The notes: generated by a model from the sequence alone, not told the origin. A DNA stretch of 63,656 bases, filler included, from Choristocarpus tenellus KU-1152 (GCA_964200185.2; 14 parts of 14 records of this genome joined end to end with filler, not necessarily neighbours in it); one strand, 5' to 3'; shown: positions 23,601-38,075, numbered from the whole stretch's first letter. Made by a program: numbers and translations.

Positions 23601-26489
23601 CACCCGTTGACCTACTTTCTCATCCGTTCCACCTGCCTACCCACTCGGTCACTCAACTGATACCTTGAAACCAATATCATCTTCAGCACACACACACGAT
23701 GTTACCCATACATCCACCCACCTTCCTACCTATCACAAAATCATTCCAATCCAAACCAAATTATCCACACAATTTTTCGCACCCACCCTGTGGCATCTAT
23801 GGAACAATTGAAGCAAATATTCATATTCCCCGAGCAGCTGATATTGAGTCCTGGTCCCCCCCACAGAGTACTGCCATCCTCCAACACCAGGCTCCTCACA
23901 GAAAGACCACTTCTGGTGTCATCTTCACCATATGCTGTGGATATGTCATCTCCCAATACGAGTCTGCTGAAATTTACAACCCTGAGGTCCATCGTTATGG
24001 TAACCATCCCTAGCAACTCCAGAGTTGCAGCCCCTTCAATCAAGAGACCAACAGTGATATTCATCAAAGAAGTTTCAGATATGGATAGCTTGCCCCCTCT
24101 TCCAACACTCAAATTAGTGTTGTTATATACTGTCCCTCCACCACCAGTGACAATGCTGGTAATGATACCTGGTCCGGTGACCTCTACAATAGTGCCATGT
24201 ACCTCAACCTGGGACACTGTGGGGATAATGGAGCCTCCAGCTACCCCATCGGAGACCATGGTAGCTCCATCGGATTCCATAGCTGTGAGAGACACAGCAC
24301 TGCTTAGTTCCCATCTGTTGGGCAGAATATATGTTTTAATTCAGTATCAAGGATGTGTTCATTGCTTTCATTGTTGTATCACACTGAGCTTTAGAACTGG
24401 GATATGTGAAAAAAAAAACTGAACGTTTGTGTATCGTATTTCTTATGTAGTTGAGCATTTTCTATTGATCTACTTTCTACCTTCACCTTTAGAACATTCA
24501 GGACATCCATGTGTCAACTTACGCCCAGTTGAGGAGTGAAATTGTCTCGTATTGTGGTTGTACCAACTAGTAGATCTGTATGCTCCCCAACAGTCACACA
24601 GAATCGTTTTACTTAGCACTCCAGATAAATTGCCCCAAACTACTACACGGCGCATTGATGATCGCACCAGTCACTACCCCCCAAGCTTGCAAAGCCTTCA
24701 CTTGTTGCTCAGTTGACACAACATACCAAGAAAAGAATTTGCCCTGAATAGAGCAAAGTTTGACTCACCCACACGCAGAGAGTTTGTTGTATATCCCTGA
24801 AGCTGCTACTGTGTCAACAGAACCATCAACGACAGTGCCAGCTGCTGCCTGACCAGTGATATTGCCAGCCCTAGACTCGTATTGCCGAGAAAGTGCCTCG
24901 GTCCAAACTCCTTGCGGTCCTGCCAATGAGGACACGCCTGCTATTAAGCTGTGCAGTCCTCCCATAGCCTTGACTTGTCCCAAGAAGGAAGACGTATCCT
25001 TGGACAGCAGTAAGATCCGCCCACCTGATCCTGCCCCACCGAAGAGACGGGAATCAGCCTCGAGGCCCCCATCACCATCACCCCCTTTAGCACTGATGAT
25101 TCCTTCACCAATCAACAAGCCTCCACAATCTACCCACAAGCTACCACCTGCACCACCACCGCCCCCGGAACCAACTGTTGCTGACTCCCCATCTACACTC
25201 ACCTGCCCTTGCACAATCAGATCACCAGTGGTCACCAGGTGTATTGCAGATCCTCCTGCACCACCACTGCCCCACGCCCCTGCCCCCCCACCTCCCCCTG
25301 ACTGAGTTGGGGCAAATGTTGAGTCGTAAGCACCACCTGGGCGGGAATTGAGGTAGCCATTGGCACCTGCCCCTGCATGTCCACCACCTGCACCCCCATT
25401 CCGTCCATTTGATGCAGTGCCTGAATAAGGGATGTTTTGTTCATCTAGTGCTGAGGTATCTCGCTCTGTGGCAGGGTAGCCGTAACCGTTTCCTGTAAGA
25501 ATCCCACCAGAAGCAACCATTATTGTACCTGCTCTAATTGACACTAAAGAAGTGTTGTTCACCAAAGACAACACATTGCTAGCAGGTGCCACATCCACTC
25601 TACCCCCATCTGCTATGACCAACATATCAAAAACATATGTACCATTGGGGGTCAGTGGTACCCCACCGGTCTCTGGCTTGGCATTACCATTAGAAGACAG
25701 CCTCAAGATACCCCCAGACTCAACTGTTACAATAGTCCACCCTGCCATAGACCCTCCATTGATGACAAGCTGTACCCCTTTGACTGTGAGGTTTCCACTT
25801 GTTGTGGCAGAGGATTGCATCTGAGCATGATCAGCTATGGTGAGGACACCAGATCCATCTCCGGGGAGGATCTTTGACAATTTCACATTTGCTGAGTCAG
25901 TGACTGTCAACATACCCCCCTCCTGCACATCAAGCTTCACTCCATTTGTGTCAATGCTGCTACTACTTTCCATGCTCTCATTGAGCAAAGTGATACCTTT
26001 CGTGGAGTAGACACCAAGGGCGTAGGCATTAGTGTTCCTCACTTTGAGTGTTGTGCCTTCTTTTGCACCAGAGGTGAAATTGGTCAGCACTGTGCCAGCA
26101 GCAGGAAGAACAAGGTCACTGTTCCCTTGCCAGCCACCCTCTGCCAATAGTGAGCCCAAAAAGCTATCTGCGTCCCATGCAAAGATGGCTACCCGCCCAC
26201 CTGACCCTCCACCACCCAAGCTCCCATCTGAACAGGCATTCCCCCCATTGGCAGTCACCATCCCTGATCCTGATAGCCTTCCACCACCTGCCAACTTCAC
26301 AAGCACGCTTCCCCCTGCACCACCACCCCCTCCAGGGCAGCCCCCACTGTTGCCGTCTGCTGTGATATTACCATCATTCCATAGCTCACCCTCATACGAT
26401 ACTTCCAGAATAATCACTCCTCCTCCCTCTCCACCCTCACCTGATAAACTTGCCCCCCCCCCACTCCCCCCTCTCAACCCCCCTATCGC
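20611..26489 (-). CDS. Internal part of a very large glycine-rich repeat protein (GGGGAGGS.W / GGGGSGGRI modules alternating with beta-rich segments), probably extracellular
   Basis: Phase-compatible exons <26489-24769, 24314-23787, 23449-23279, 21420-21279 and 20813-20611>. The module GGGHGG...Y...P...G.GGG...GG.GG..I.L....L...G.(I/V)..DG...GGGG.GGS(I/L)WV...L.G.G.I.A.GG...GG.GSGGR recurs at least three times. Confidence 0.85.
21628..21889. mobile_element. MITE family A copy (intronic)
   Basis: GAGTGAAAGTATCTTAGAGAG...CCCTCTAAGATACTTTGACTC; body homologous to 10886-11144. Confidence 0.88.
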
Positions 26490-26974
26490 NNNNNNNNNNN
26501 NNNNNNNNNNNNNNNNNNNNNNNNNNNNNNNNNTTAATTAATTAANNNNNNNNNNNNNNNNNNNNNNNNNNNNNNNNNNNNNNNNNNNNTATGTATGTAT
26601 GTATGTATGTATGTATGTATGTGTGCGAAAATGCCTACATAGGTGAGTGCACATAGCCGAAAATCTGTGAACCACTAATCATAGTTTATGCTGCCGACAA
26701 GGGATGAGCCAAATATGGAGGTGAGTGTTGTGTACAACCCGATAGATCCAACTGTTACTCCATAGCTTACAATGCTAGAACTTCAACTCCTTTATATTCG
26801 AAGTATGGTATCTTGTCAGCTAGATCTCAAATATTTGCTACCTTGATCCAAAACACTGAGCTTGGAAACCGTGCAAATAATTGGACCAACTCACAACCAT
26901 CAAGACCTTGCAAGGAATAGTAATTCCACCTTGGAGGCAAGCTGACCTCTTCCAACTCGCCCTATCTTACTCAC

Positions 26975-29900
26975 CATCATTCGTGAACTCTGCAATGCTT
27001 TCCTTGATTTTATTTATCATGGAGGTCGGGTTCTTCAATGGGTCTTGGCGCTCAAGTATGATGTTGTCTGCTCCCTTGCAGTATACAATAACTCCTTGCT
27101 GACCATCTTCCTCATCACTGTCTTCACTCATTTCTCCATTCTGATCAATGTTCCTGCTCTCATTCTCCTTCTTTCCTCTCTTGCGAACTACAACAGTGCT
27201 GCGCTTGCGGTCACTGGTGAAGGGAAATGTGTGCAGTACCTCATATTCGTGCTCTGAGTATTGGAGATCAGTGTCATGAGGAATACTTCTTCCACTCGTC
27301 CAGTTGGCATTCTTGATGGCAACAGTCACTAGTTTACCATCTCGCTGCATGAAGCGGTATCCAAAGTGCTTGCTTGCATAGATTAGAGCTTGGTCATCAG
27401 GGTTGGACGCTGAGTACACTATATCGCCCCCTGACTGATGATCTGACTGGACCTGTGACGTGTACAAGTACATGCAATCATGAAACAGCCAGCGGCAAGC
27501 AGTGCCCAGTTTAAAATACTTTGATGCATTGTTAGTTGCAGTGGGGTACAAAATGTCACTTCTGTAAAGGTGTATACTTTGTGAAGTGATCGTGAACTGA
27601 GAAGAATGGGGTGTACATCCTCATCACAAAGCCCAGATATCCACTGTTAAAAGTGCAGCTCTCGTCTATCCCACAACTATTTCATATAAGAACACTCTAA
27701 CAGCTGATGTCAATTGGGACATCCAGCTCTTTCTATCTCTCAACTATGGGCATTTCCACTTGACCTTTAACCCCAGCACACCTCATGGTTAAGAGCCAGG
27801 TGCAAGCAAAACTCATGGGCTTGACGATGCAAGGGCTCGCCGACCTGTCGCATTACTTTGAAGAATCGAGGGTCTACGAAATTCACATATGGAGTGGTGG
27901 ACTGAATTGGGTTGTAGAGTGGAACACTGGGAATTGGTAGATTGTTCCTCTTCCGATAGCTTAGGCCAATCTCTGTTGTACCCAATCCAAATATTTGACC
28001 ACGAATGCTGTGTAAATTGAGGGCCAATGTAGAGGATAGATCATGTTTGGAAAGGGAACATTGGAAAGGGAACATTGGAGATTTGGGGGTAGTTAGCCTC
28101 GTTGGAGCAAAGGCTTTGAGGTAAAGTAGGAACTGCACAGAGAATAAACGTCTGGGAACGAGCAGAGTGTAGTTCACAAGTACATGAGAAATTCTTGATC
28201 GTGTGGCCATTAAAAGAAGAAATGGTATAGGATTGTGTCAATTTTTTCTAGAAACGTCTTGATCCAGCACGGAGAATGGTTGTTTCATCCAGGTGAGAAA
28301 GTGCCTTGTGATGGAGTCAAGCAAGTGAATTGGGATATGATAAGTCAACGTGTAGTTTGACCTGCACTTGCGGAAGTCCATGACATTGCATGTAAGTGTC
28401 CCTGTCTTGTCACTGAACACATGCTCCACCATCCCTAGCTCTTCATTCAAGTCACTAGACCTCACCTGAGATTGAAGATGACTCCCGACAGGAGAAAATG
28501 GGGTAGCGCAATGTTAAGCCAGCACAGGTGTAAATAATTTTCGTGGTTTTAGCTTGCTTATACAGGGTTAAAATGTGGGAATGTGTTTGTCATAATGCAA
28601 CTGTGCAAAATGCAGTGTGTGTGTGGAATGCATTATCCTAATAGCTCAATCGAAGAAGCTCTTTTACACACTAGACCTTCTACAGCATGTGCACTTATAA
28701 AAAATACAATGACATTCTGTATTGTCTTACCCTTTATAAACTTGGCTTCATCTTAACATTGAAAGCTGCTCTCAATAAAATCTCAGTACAGTATATGTGG
28801 TTGACCTTTCTGCGTCAGCATTTGCGCTGAAAGTATGATGGTTCCAGCATGGTGGCCAAGAACAAAGCAGTGATTTTATTGCGCGCAATATGACCCCAGT
28901 GTGCCGGAAAGCATCAAATATATTGTCACAAATCCACAAATATAGTCCGTACACCATCAAAACCTTCATGTCCAAGCCTGTCGGCATTTTGGCGGTTTTT
29001 GGCGGTTTGGCATATATAACCTGACCTCAAATATATATGTGTGTGTGTTTGTGTGTTCTCCATTTCGCCAAATCAACTCTGACGAGTTGAAGTGATATAT
29101 CATAGAGTGGCTAACAGCATCTTGTTACCAATTGCCTTATATTGATCCAACTATAATACTGTGGGGCTTTTCCAAACCAATACCCTGGACAACTCCAGGG
29201 TGGTCCTTGCTGGGGCCCAAATGAAGTTTTGACAGACGCCCTAAACCAGCACAAGATGCCATGCACGTAGCAATATATAAACACGAGGGCAAGCCGAAAT
29301 ATTCTATACTGCAATGCATACTGTTTGCGAACACATAAGGACGGGGTGTGCATGCAATATCAAGGCCATGTGGCAGTGACTGGATTAGGCGAGAAGTTGT
29401 GTTGGCATCTGTTCCTTCCTTATGTACTAGTGAGAAGAAAAGATGAGAATAGTGATCATAGGGGAGATCTAGGAGAGAGGTTCTTTCTTGATCTTGACAG
29501 GTTTGAGAATCATGGTGATATTAATGAGCCCAATCCTAGTTATTAGCACCTCATTAGCACATGCACCTATCCCATATCTACAAGTTATCACCTGCATGGG
29601 GATGCCCTGCACCCTCCCATCACGGTTCTTGACCTCATGAAACATACAGATATCCCACATAAGAAGCAAGGACTGGAAGAATTTAACCATATCCACAGTG
29701 ACGAGTAGCGAGATGGGGATAAAATTGGTGAATATGATGATAAAAGACCAAAACCTGAGGAATGCTGTGAGTGCGGCATTTGGCAGGGAGTCGTCTGGAC
29801 CCCAGAGGAAATCCATACCCTTAACTGCTGGTGTGGCCACCCAAATGCTTGCACCAACACCTGCCACTAGGCAACACAAGGCCTGTCACAGCGAATCAGA

Positions 29901-30453
29901 TTGTTTGAAGTCAAAACAGAGGTGGAGATAAGGTGAGCAGTTGCTAGGTGTGGCCAGGTGGCAGATCATGTATGTAGTAGTAGGGTAGACCGTGCCACTG
30001 AGCATCACTATATTGCCAAGGTCTAACATACACTACTACCTTTTTCAGTGTTACGTTCGCACCCTCTCTTGCTATTGAGTTCATTTTTCCCAACGGGTTG
30101 TTGCACTAAACCACAGAGGCAGGTTAAGGACAGAGAGGTGAATGCATGTTAGAAACCAATAATTAGCCCCACGGTGTGAGAAAACTACGCCCTGATCCCC
30201 AAAGAGTCCAGACTGCCAGCGGAACGGCATCAAGGGAGGTAACAACCTGGATGGCGAGCACCCTCAAAGTTTCACGGTCCATAGAACTTTTCAGGGCAGA
30301 CGTTTTCATGGGTGGATTCCCAGCATTCATTTGGATCTTGGTCTCCCGTCCCGCATATACCACTGCACCACATACCCAATCTGTGTTGCGTAGCTGGCAT
30401 CCTCGTAGAAGAAGGTTATTTCCGGTAAGGGACACCTGTTTCCCACCTGGCAT
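26975..30453 (-). CDS. Partial spliced P4-type ATPase (phospholipid flippase, ATP8/DRS2/ALA family)
   Basis: Exons 30453-30247, 29882-29592, 28465-28362, 28007-27782 and 27452-26975 are in frame. Motifs: [13 protein letters not shown]...G.ETK, TM4 FIPISL (P4 signature), SDLNEELG, phosphorylation site [15 protein letters not shown] and YCKGAD. Confidence 0.96.
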
Positions 30454-30508
30454 CTGTGAGGTAGGGTTGGGATTACAAAAGTTTGCAGAAATCACTCTCA
30501 AAATAGCG

Positions 30509-30773
30509 GAGTCAAAGTATCTTATTAAGAGAGGGTACGAGTTTTGCACTGTTCGTCCATTTGAGGTTTGGCTTCCCACAGGTTTCTTACGACATCTTAA
30601 CTACTCCGAAACGTTTTGGAGTGGGTAAAATGTGTACGTTGCGAAAATGGGTGTCCAGAACAAGGATATTAACACTCTTAAACAAACACAATAGTCAAAA
30701 TTTCATCGAAATCGCAACATTGGATTTTGGGCCCCAAATGGATGCGACTCTACCCTCTAAGATACTTTGACTC
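30509..30773. mobile_element. MITE family A copy (intronic)
   Basis: GAGTCAAAGTATCTT...CTCTAAGATACTTTGACTC; homologous body. Confidence 0.88.
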
Positions 30774-33700
30774 AAAAGTAAACAAAATCGACAATTTAGG
30801 TAACACGAAATGTTTCCAAGAGGAGCTTGGTTTACACGGGTGAGAGTAAGAGAGGATCTTGTTTTGCATACGTTGAATTGTATGAAGACAAGTAAGCACT
30901 CCGAAGTATCATCGATCATTATGGGCTTGTCTTGAAAATGAATAAATGGATCAATCCTTTTGCAGCAGGTTGGGGTAGAGTGACCCCCACATTTTCACGA
31001 CTAGGTGATGTGACAAGTCCCTGTTCCCTCATGTATCACTGAACAGTGATAGTTGTCTTTGATTGGATGTATTTCCACAATAATGGTACGGTAGTAGGGT
31101 TTTTTTTTCTACTCGGAGACTAACGGCCAACTGCATATTTTGTGGGGGATGGCTGCTGTATTGGCTTTGATGGTGCTCTCCATCACCTGTTGTGTGTGTT
31201 GAATTGTGAAAGTCACAATAGCGGTCTTTATAGTCCCCGCATTGATGGATCCCGCTGGAATTGCCCTATTACCAGATAACTTAACCGTGGCAGTCTTGAG
31301 GGGAAATTATTTCCACAATGAACTAACCAGGTAGTATCGCCTCTTGATCTGGGAAAAAATGTATTTCATGATGCCACTGACAATTCTACGGAACACAAGG
31401 CTTCACATCAATCTGGCTTGAACAGCATCCAACATATTTTATTATGTTAACAGAACCATCAGCCCCCGAACTCTCTACCCAAGCTTCTGCTTCTGAAGGA
31501 CTTTAGCAGGTCTACGCGCACACACCTTCGGATCTTGAAACGTCTCCTCAAGTGTTGACCTTTGCCCAATGTGTCACAATGGTTTTCCACACCCTGGGAT
31601 CTTAACGAGATTCCTGGGGCATTGACCTAGTCCACCATATAACTTTGGCTTTATCATATCTTGCAAGTACAGGCACACCAGACCCTAAGTATCTGGGGGG
31701 GGGGNNNNNNNNNNNNNNNNNNNNNNNNNNNNNNNNNNNNNNNNNNNNTTAATTAATTAANNNNNNNNNNNNNNNNNNNNNNNNNNNNNNNNNNNNNNNN
31801 NNNNGGGGTGTAATGCGCTTGCGTTGCGATCTTGAATGTACCTAGTTTCAAGATCTGCAAGTCCAGTCAGTTGACAAAAATCACCTAGTTAAGAATTTTT
31901 CCAGTCTGTAAAAATATTTATTTTCAAGTGTTCCATTATTTTTTAATTATGTTTCTTTAGTTTGAAAGACACCACTGCCATCAAGGTGCTGCAGAGAATG
32001 AATTCAAGCCATGAACCATTGCATCCTCTTGCACATCTTGCAATCTTGTACTCCAAGTCATGAACCATAACATCACACTCGACACTATGTTACACCTATA
32101 GCACTGGCCGCTGGAACATACAGAACAGAATGTAGGGCTCGTAGTAATACAACTGAAACATATGTAAGACTGTGTAATGCCCATTGCGCTCCAGACTAAA
32201 ACATACAGAATGCCATGTAACTCTCACATCTGGTCCAAAACATGCATAGCATATGTTGCCATTTTAATACAATACACTTCATGCTATAACACTAAATGTA
32301 ATGTTGGTCTATTGTGATACGAGAAAACCATAGCGGTAGGGCTTGGTGCTATCCATGGGGTTCTGCAGTACCATAACATCAGAAGTAATTAGAATGACGT
32401 GGGAAATACTGTATTGCTTATGGACAGACAAGGCAGAGGGTAGTGTCTCTGAATGTTTCATTCAGTCGTGCTCTGATGTCTGTTCCAGTGATGGTGATGA
32501 ATTTAATGCATGATGGAAAATATGGATCTTATATGGTTTCCTTTTGTTGATATTGTGGGGGATCTATTATGAATCCCCTCAACCAAGCAATTGCGCATAC
32601 TGTTGAGATGCTTCATAACACAAAATGCCATGCTTTGTTTTTTTATTGTTTAACACAGTGTTACAGTGCAATGTAATCTAAGGCTACAGTTTGTTTTGTA
32701 ACACAATGCATGTTACATTAAAAGAGCAATGCTATGTTACACCCGTAACACTGACGATGAAGATGTATTCAACACCATGTAGTGCCTGTAACGCCTCCAG
32801 ACCAAAACATACCTATGTACATGGAAGTTTGCGAAAATGTAAAGATAGTGCTAAAAAAGTGCAGTGTTTTCCAAGGTGTGCAATGTTGCATTCCCAGTGG
32901 AAAAGGCATTAATTATTATTATATTTGCATGGGCTGGTCCAGTTTAAGTCCTTGACACATTCTTACTGTGATTTTACTCTGGAACTGCGATAGATTGGGT
33001 TAACACATTGGTGTATGAAATGTGTTCAGCCTTCAATAATGTATCCAAAAGTATGATGGCAATTATGATCAACGGGGAGTTGGATGGATGAGCGACAAAT
33101 GCTCTTGACGTTTGACAGAACATGAAAATTGATTGTTCTGTTCATCTGACTTGACTCTGTGGGTGAAATCGACACTTTGTGACCCCAGAAATGTGCTCAG
33201 TTGAAAATGCAAGGTGTTCCTCGATTTTTTTTAAAAGGTAGTATTTCGCAACACACACAGAGCCTTACCATCTCCAGTCGAGCAATTCACCCTGCCTCCT
33301 CATAAGAATCAAATTCCCCCTGCAATTTTTCCAGGAAAAGATCGAATTTTTGAGGATTACTTTGACTTGATGCTTGAGAAAATGAAAACCCCTCTCATAC
33401 TTATGAATGTGTGTATGAAACGCATATGTCAATGTTATTCATTTATAATAGTTTTAGGCGCACAGTTTTGTAGTTTCAAAAATTTGTTTTTTTATTATTT
33501 TTCTTATCAAGTCGTGTTTTTCGAAAATGCGTAGGTTCAGAATCGTTGTTTTCTTGTCAAAAGGAACACAAGGCGGACCTCAAAACTTGTTGGTCCTTGA
33601 ACCCGAAAATACATTGTGTGTATTTTGATTTGACTACTCCTATGATTATTTCTTCTTGGTCAGACCAGGTTTTAGGCGCTAGGCAGAGGCATTTTTGAAA

Positions 33701-35054
33701 ACTGCTGTTACTATACCTTTTTGGAAAACCTCTGCATGGGACAGGCAATGCTCTGTACAGAATGAGAGCTAGCTATGTGTTCTGTGCTGAGTTCAAAAAA
33801 CAGATCTGGCAGTCGTATAAAGGTTAATCTCAAACTCCAAATGCAAAACAATCATGGCTCTGGTATGCCGCGTGAATTTGCAACTTCTTTTGTTTCCTTG
33901 ATTCCTGCCGCTGGGCTTACTTACAGATGATTGCTTCGGGGTGGGTAAGATACCACTTAAATGATCTGGGGGTGAAGGTGAAGGCAAGTCAAACCTAGCC
34001 TAGGAGTACACTCTTAGTACAAAAATACACAGTAAAGTGAAACCTCTCTATGTGTAAACTTCCCACGCACTGTTCTATAGATTCGATGGGATTCACTAGG
34101 TGCTCAATATTCAATGGGAGTCAGTAGATATCTGTAGTTACATTTGTTACCTATCAGGAGTATATTAAAATTTGATAGGTAGAGGCATACTGTGGACGAC
34201 TGTGCGTGGTAGGTGAACGAACACCTTCATAACCCTCAACACAAGGTTCTTCAAGTGGCTGGTGATTGCTCCAGTTGCTACATTGCAACCTTGGGGTCTA
34301 TTAGGTTCTTCGTTTTTGCAGACTGTTTGCAATGTGTTGCCCATACTTTACAAAATGGGTGAATATAAAGTACCAAGATGTTAAAAACGGTGAATTTGCA
34401 TGTTCATACAGCTCAGGACATAATAAAACTTAAAAAAAACATGACCTCAACGCCTGGAAATATTTAAAACTCTGGTATGGAGAAATCTTCACAGATACTT
34501 CAAAGCACAGGTTATGTGTAACCTAGAGTATATACCCTCTCTACTAGGATTTCTAAACAGATCTCACAACATTGGTGCCTTGGGAATTGACCCGAAAAGA
34601 ACCTCAATTGCCAAGGGGGCTCCCCTCTGTCAGCATGCTTTCCCAACCAAAATGGCACCAGGAAAATTAAAATGGCATGTGCTACCACACAAACAAAAAG
34701 AAGGTCTCATAACATGCTGCAATCTCACAACATTAGTGTACTGTCACAACCTCTCTCACTTGCTCACATGTAACCAGCTCCTTCTATTCACCCAATTTCA
34801 TACACACATAGTATCTGTCTCGTATGGTTTGTCTGGGGTATTCCATGCAAAGCAAATGGAAGCAATGGATATGAGGTGTTCCCTGCTGCTGCCTCGGGCT
34901 ACCACACATACTTTTGCGTGCTTGGACATTTTATAAGTTCTACAGCATAAATATCACCTACATCTGTCACTGATATTGAGTGACAGGTAGAATACGTCAG
35001 ATCTCCATTAATTGGATGTGAGTTGAGGAGCGCACACTTTTATTTCAAACTTAT

Positions 35055-35237
35055 TCACTCTCCCAAGAGTGCTGCTTTCTTTTCTGCAAACTGTTGTGAT
35101 GGGAGCACCACTCTCACGATATAAGCATGTACCAAGCTACGCATCTCCCTTGCTCGTGTGGACTTGATTGTAAGTGATTCAATGGGAAAATGTTTTGGCG
35201 TCCCTGGAGGCTGTGCCAGTACCATCAATGCTATATC
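35055..35237 (-). CDS. Possible terminal exon, reminiscent of the C-terminal helix of a FERM/PH-like lobe
   Basis: CAG|DIALMVLAQPPGTPKHFPIESLTIKSTRAREMRSLVHAYIVRVVLPSQQFAEKKAALLGE*. The L.IK...A.E...L...YI pattern resembles FERM F3 ends; weak evidence. Confidence 0.35.
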   Translation of the reverse strand, partial: DIALMVLAQPPGTPKHFPIESLTIKSTRAREMRSLVHAYIVRVVLPSQQFAEKKAALLGE

Positions 35238-35713
35238 CTGATTTCAAGGTGACAGGAAGGGGGAGAAGGAATTGGTGGGGCTGACATAGGATTCGGCATC
35301 TCTTTAGCTACTATATTGCAGAAATAAAAGAAGAATCTAGAGCAGGTAGGTTCTCCAAGAACAAGGAACTGAGAAACATTGGAAAAAAAAATCTGTAGAC
35401 AAGTTCTGGTTCAGCTGTACCTTAAGCAACGCATGGATACGCCCACTTACATACTGCAATGCTTTACTCAAGCACCTGTGATTTAAATCTACAAGTAAGT
35501 GACCTCACTACAGTAATACCAGAATCGTATCCTGCTTTATATTACTTGTCCCTACAAATGAAATGAAATATGTATACTTGAATCGGAGATAATACATTGT
35601 AGTCAATGCGAAGAAGCAAGGAAGAGTGCAGTTCCAGGATACTGGTCCTTATACTCTCGTCAGCACAGCCACAGGGATGGGATGCAGCAACCAAAAGGGT
35701 ACACCCCTTAAGA

Positions 35714-35832
35714 GGCTCAGAGTATCTGGGGGGGGGGGATGGCGGCTGTCCATTTGGGGCCAATTTTTCCATGTCACGATTATTGGGTGACAGGGTTGCA
35801 TGTGTCGGATGGATAATGTAAGTGCACTTTTC
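35714..35832. mobile_element. MITE family B (TIR G.CTCAAAGTATCT followed by poly-G), partial at contig end
   Basis: Homologous to 63437-63605, 59345-59505, 48225-48344 and 50985-51303; end fragments at 9780-9818, 31681-31704 and 35933-35951. Confidence 0.85.
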
Positions 35833-37848
35833 NNNNNNNNNNNNNNNNNNNNNNNNNNNNNNNNNNNNNNNNNNNNTTAATTAATTAANNNNNNNNNNNN
35901 NNNNNNNNNNNNNNNNNNNNNNNNNNNNNNNNCCCTCAGATACTTTGACCCTATATTTTAGTCACAATTGCTGTGTAGAAAGAAATGAAATAGGGTGTTT
36001 CGCACACATTGACGTACATACATACATACATACATACATACATACACATACATATCCTCCTTTGTAGGAAAAATAGCCCTTATAACATCATTCATACATT
36101 GATAACGCACTTTCGACGTATTTCTTTATCTATTCATTGGGGAGTGTCGGTTCAGGTGGGCTGTCAAAAATAATTTAGACAGGTAGGTCCACTTTGGAGT
36201 TGCAAACACATACATATACTTGTATAGTAGTAGTCACGAGTGGTTTCAAGGTCTCAAACACTCTAAGTTGGACTTTTTCGAAAAACAGATCTGTTCCAGC
36301 TATCTAAAATGAATGGGAAAGTTGTGGTTGACATTTTGACAACATGTGTTATTCACAAGAAGCAAGGATGAAATTATTCCCCTCGCAATGTAGAGGTAAG
36401 TAGTGTCTACAGATGTTATTGGTGTAGATAACAGAAGTATCAGGAAACAACATGCGTGATGGATGCATCAATAAGTATAGGACAAAATACTTGCCTAATT
36501 TACGAAGAATATCCGCTTGGACTAACAGATTTTACAGAGTCCAAAACTAACTTAATTTTCTTATTCCTACGCACAATTCAGTGAAGTGATATCCACTACT
36601 CCACTCTCTCCAACTCAAGAAACACTAGAGACAATAGTAGAGGTAGTAGAAGTAGTTTCGCTTAAAGATGCGCCTCTCTCTCCTGCCATCACCACCACGA
36701 TGCATCTTGGTCTCTCCTCCAAACCCCCAGCTATGCTCAGTCATCGTGGTGATCAGCATTGTAGCACTGCGCAAATTAAAAACGTGTGAGTACCTAGGCC
36801 GCCAAGCTTCAAATCATGATGTTCTTTCCATCCATTTGTGCCTCGACATGACTGAGACTGCTCGTAGACCGTTCTTGCAACAGAAGGGGAAAGCTCGTAG
36901 ACGGCAAGGGTGAGAGGATAGAGAGTATGGTGCCCAGATAAAGTAGACTCCCATCTATTTGGGAAGGATGGCACCGGGTGGTTTCTTAAAATCATCATAG
37001 GGGATGGTAAGTGTCGTGAGTAGACGGCGGTCACATCACTTCCTCATCAGACATCGTTTTTAGCCTCGTCGTTTATCTTTTGAGCATTTCCCTTTCTATT
37101 TAGTTCAGCTAAGGTTGTATGATAAAATTAAACTTGGTTCAACAGGTGTTTGGACAGATACCCATCTACACACAAAAAATATATTTCTATATTTTTTTGG
37201 TAACAAAGTGTACATCTCGCACAGTTAAAGCAGAAAAGGAAGACGACTGAATCGTAATCACAGGAGGTGATGTGCCATACCCTGTTCCCAACAAAGAGTC
37301 CATAACAATGGTTGGTCGTAAACTGCTAGAACATGTATTTCGATTTTCGGTCTACCTGACTTCCTACACTCCGATCAAATCCTTTCTCCCCATTCTTATG
37401 TATGCCTACCTCACATACCCAACCACTAGTGTCACTACTGAATAAACCCTCTCTACGAGTACTACACCACCACTACTACTACTATCGGGTGTAAGCATAA
37501 AAAATACACGCTCTTTACTTCTGGCAACCTACGTAAGGAGTCGATCACACTCCTCTTTTAAAATGTGCCTTATCCTTCCTTGCCCCAAATTTATGAAGGC
37601 TTTGCTCCCCAAGAACCAGCCTCAGCTATCATTCGTAGATGGAACTCTGGTGATGACCCACCTTCACAATTATAGTTAGATAGTTCAGCGAATGTTAAAT
37701 TTTGTGCCCACTGACATGTTTAAGGGGTTGTGTAGGAAACTAAATAAATATTAAGTGGTCAATCGTTAATCCCCCAGGTGGTAATCATTCTACTACGACT
37801 GCATGTTGCCCTAATACCTCCCTTTAGTACAAGGACAACACCTAAGAC

Positions 37849-38075
37849 CATTTGCTCTCTAACGTCTGTTGTTCGGTAATCAAGGTATCTGGTCCGTAAC
37901 GTCCTCTGTCCAGGACAAGACTGGAGGCCATTATTTGCTCTTTGAAGTCAGAACGGCTGTTGTCCACCATAATGCTTTGTACTTAAACATTTGCTCTCTA
38001 CTATTTGTCCTTCGGCAATCACTCAAGGCATATGGTCCGTAACGTAAGCTGTCTAAAACTCGAGGTCATCATTTG
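37849..38075. repeat. Diverged ~140-bp tandem duplication
   Basis: CATTTGCTCTCT...TTCGG.AATCA...AAGG.AT.TGGTCCGTAACGT...GAGG.CAT.ATTTGC occurs twice. Confidence 0.7.

Noticed and set aside
23790-26541. Plus-strand Pro-rich ORFs (23790-24422, 24856-25305, 26032-26541)
   Set aside because: Antisense shadows of the Gly-rich minus-strand exons.
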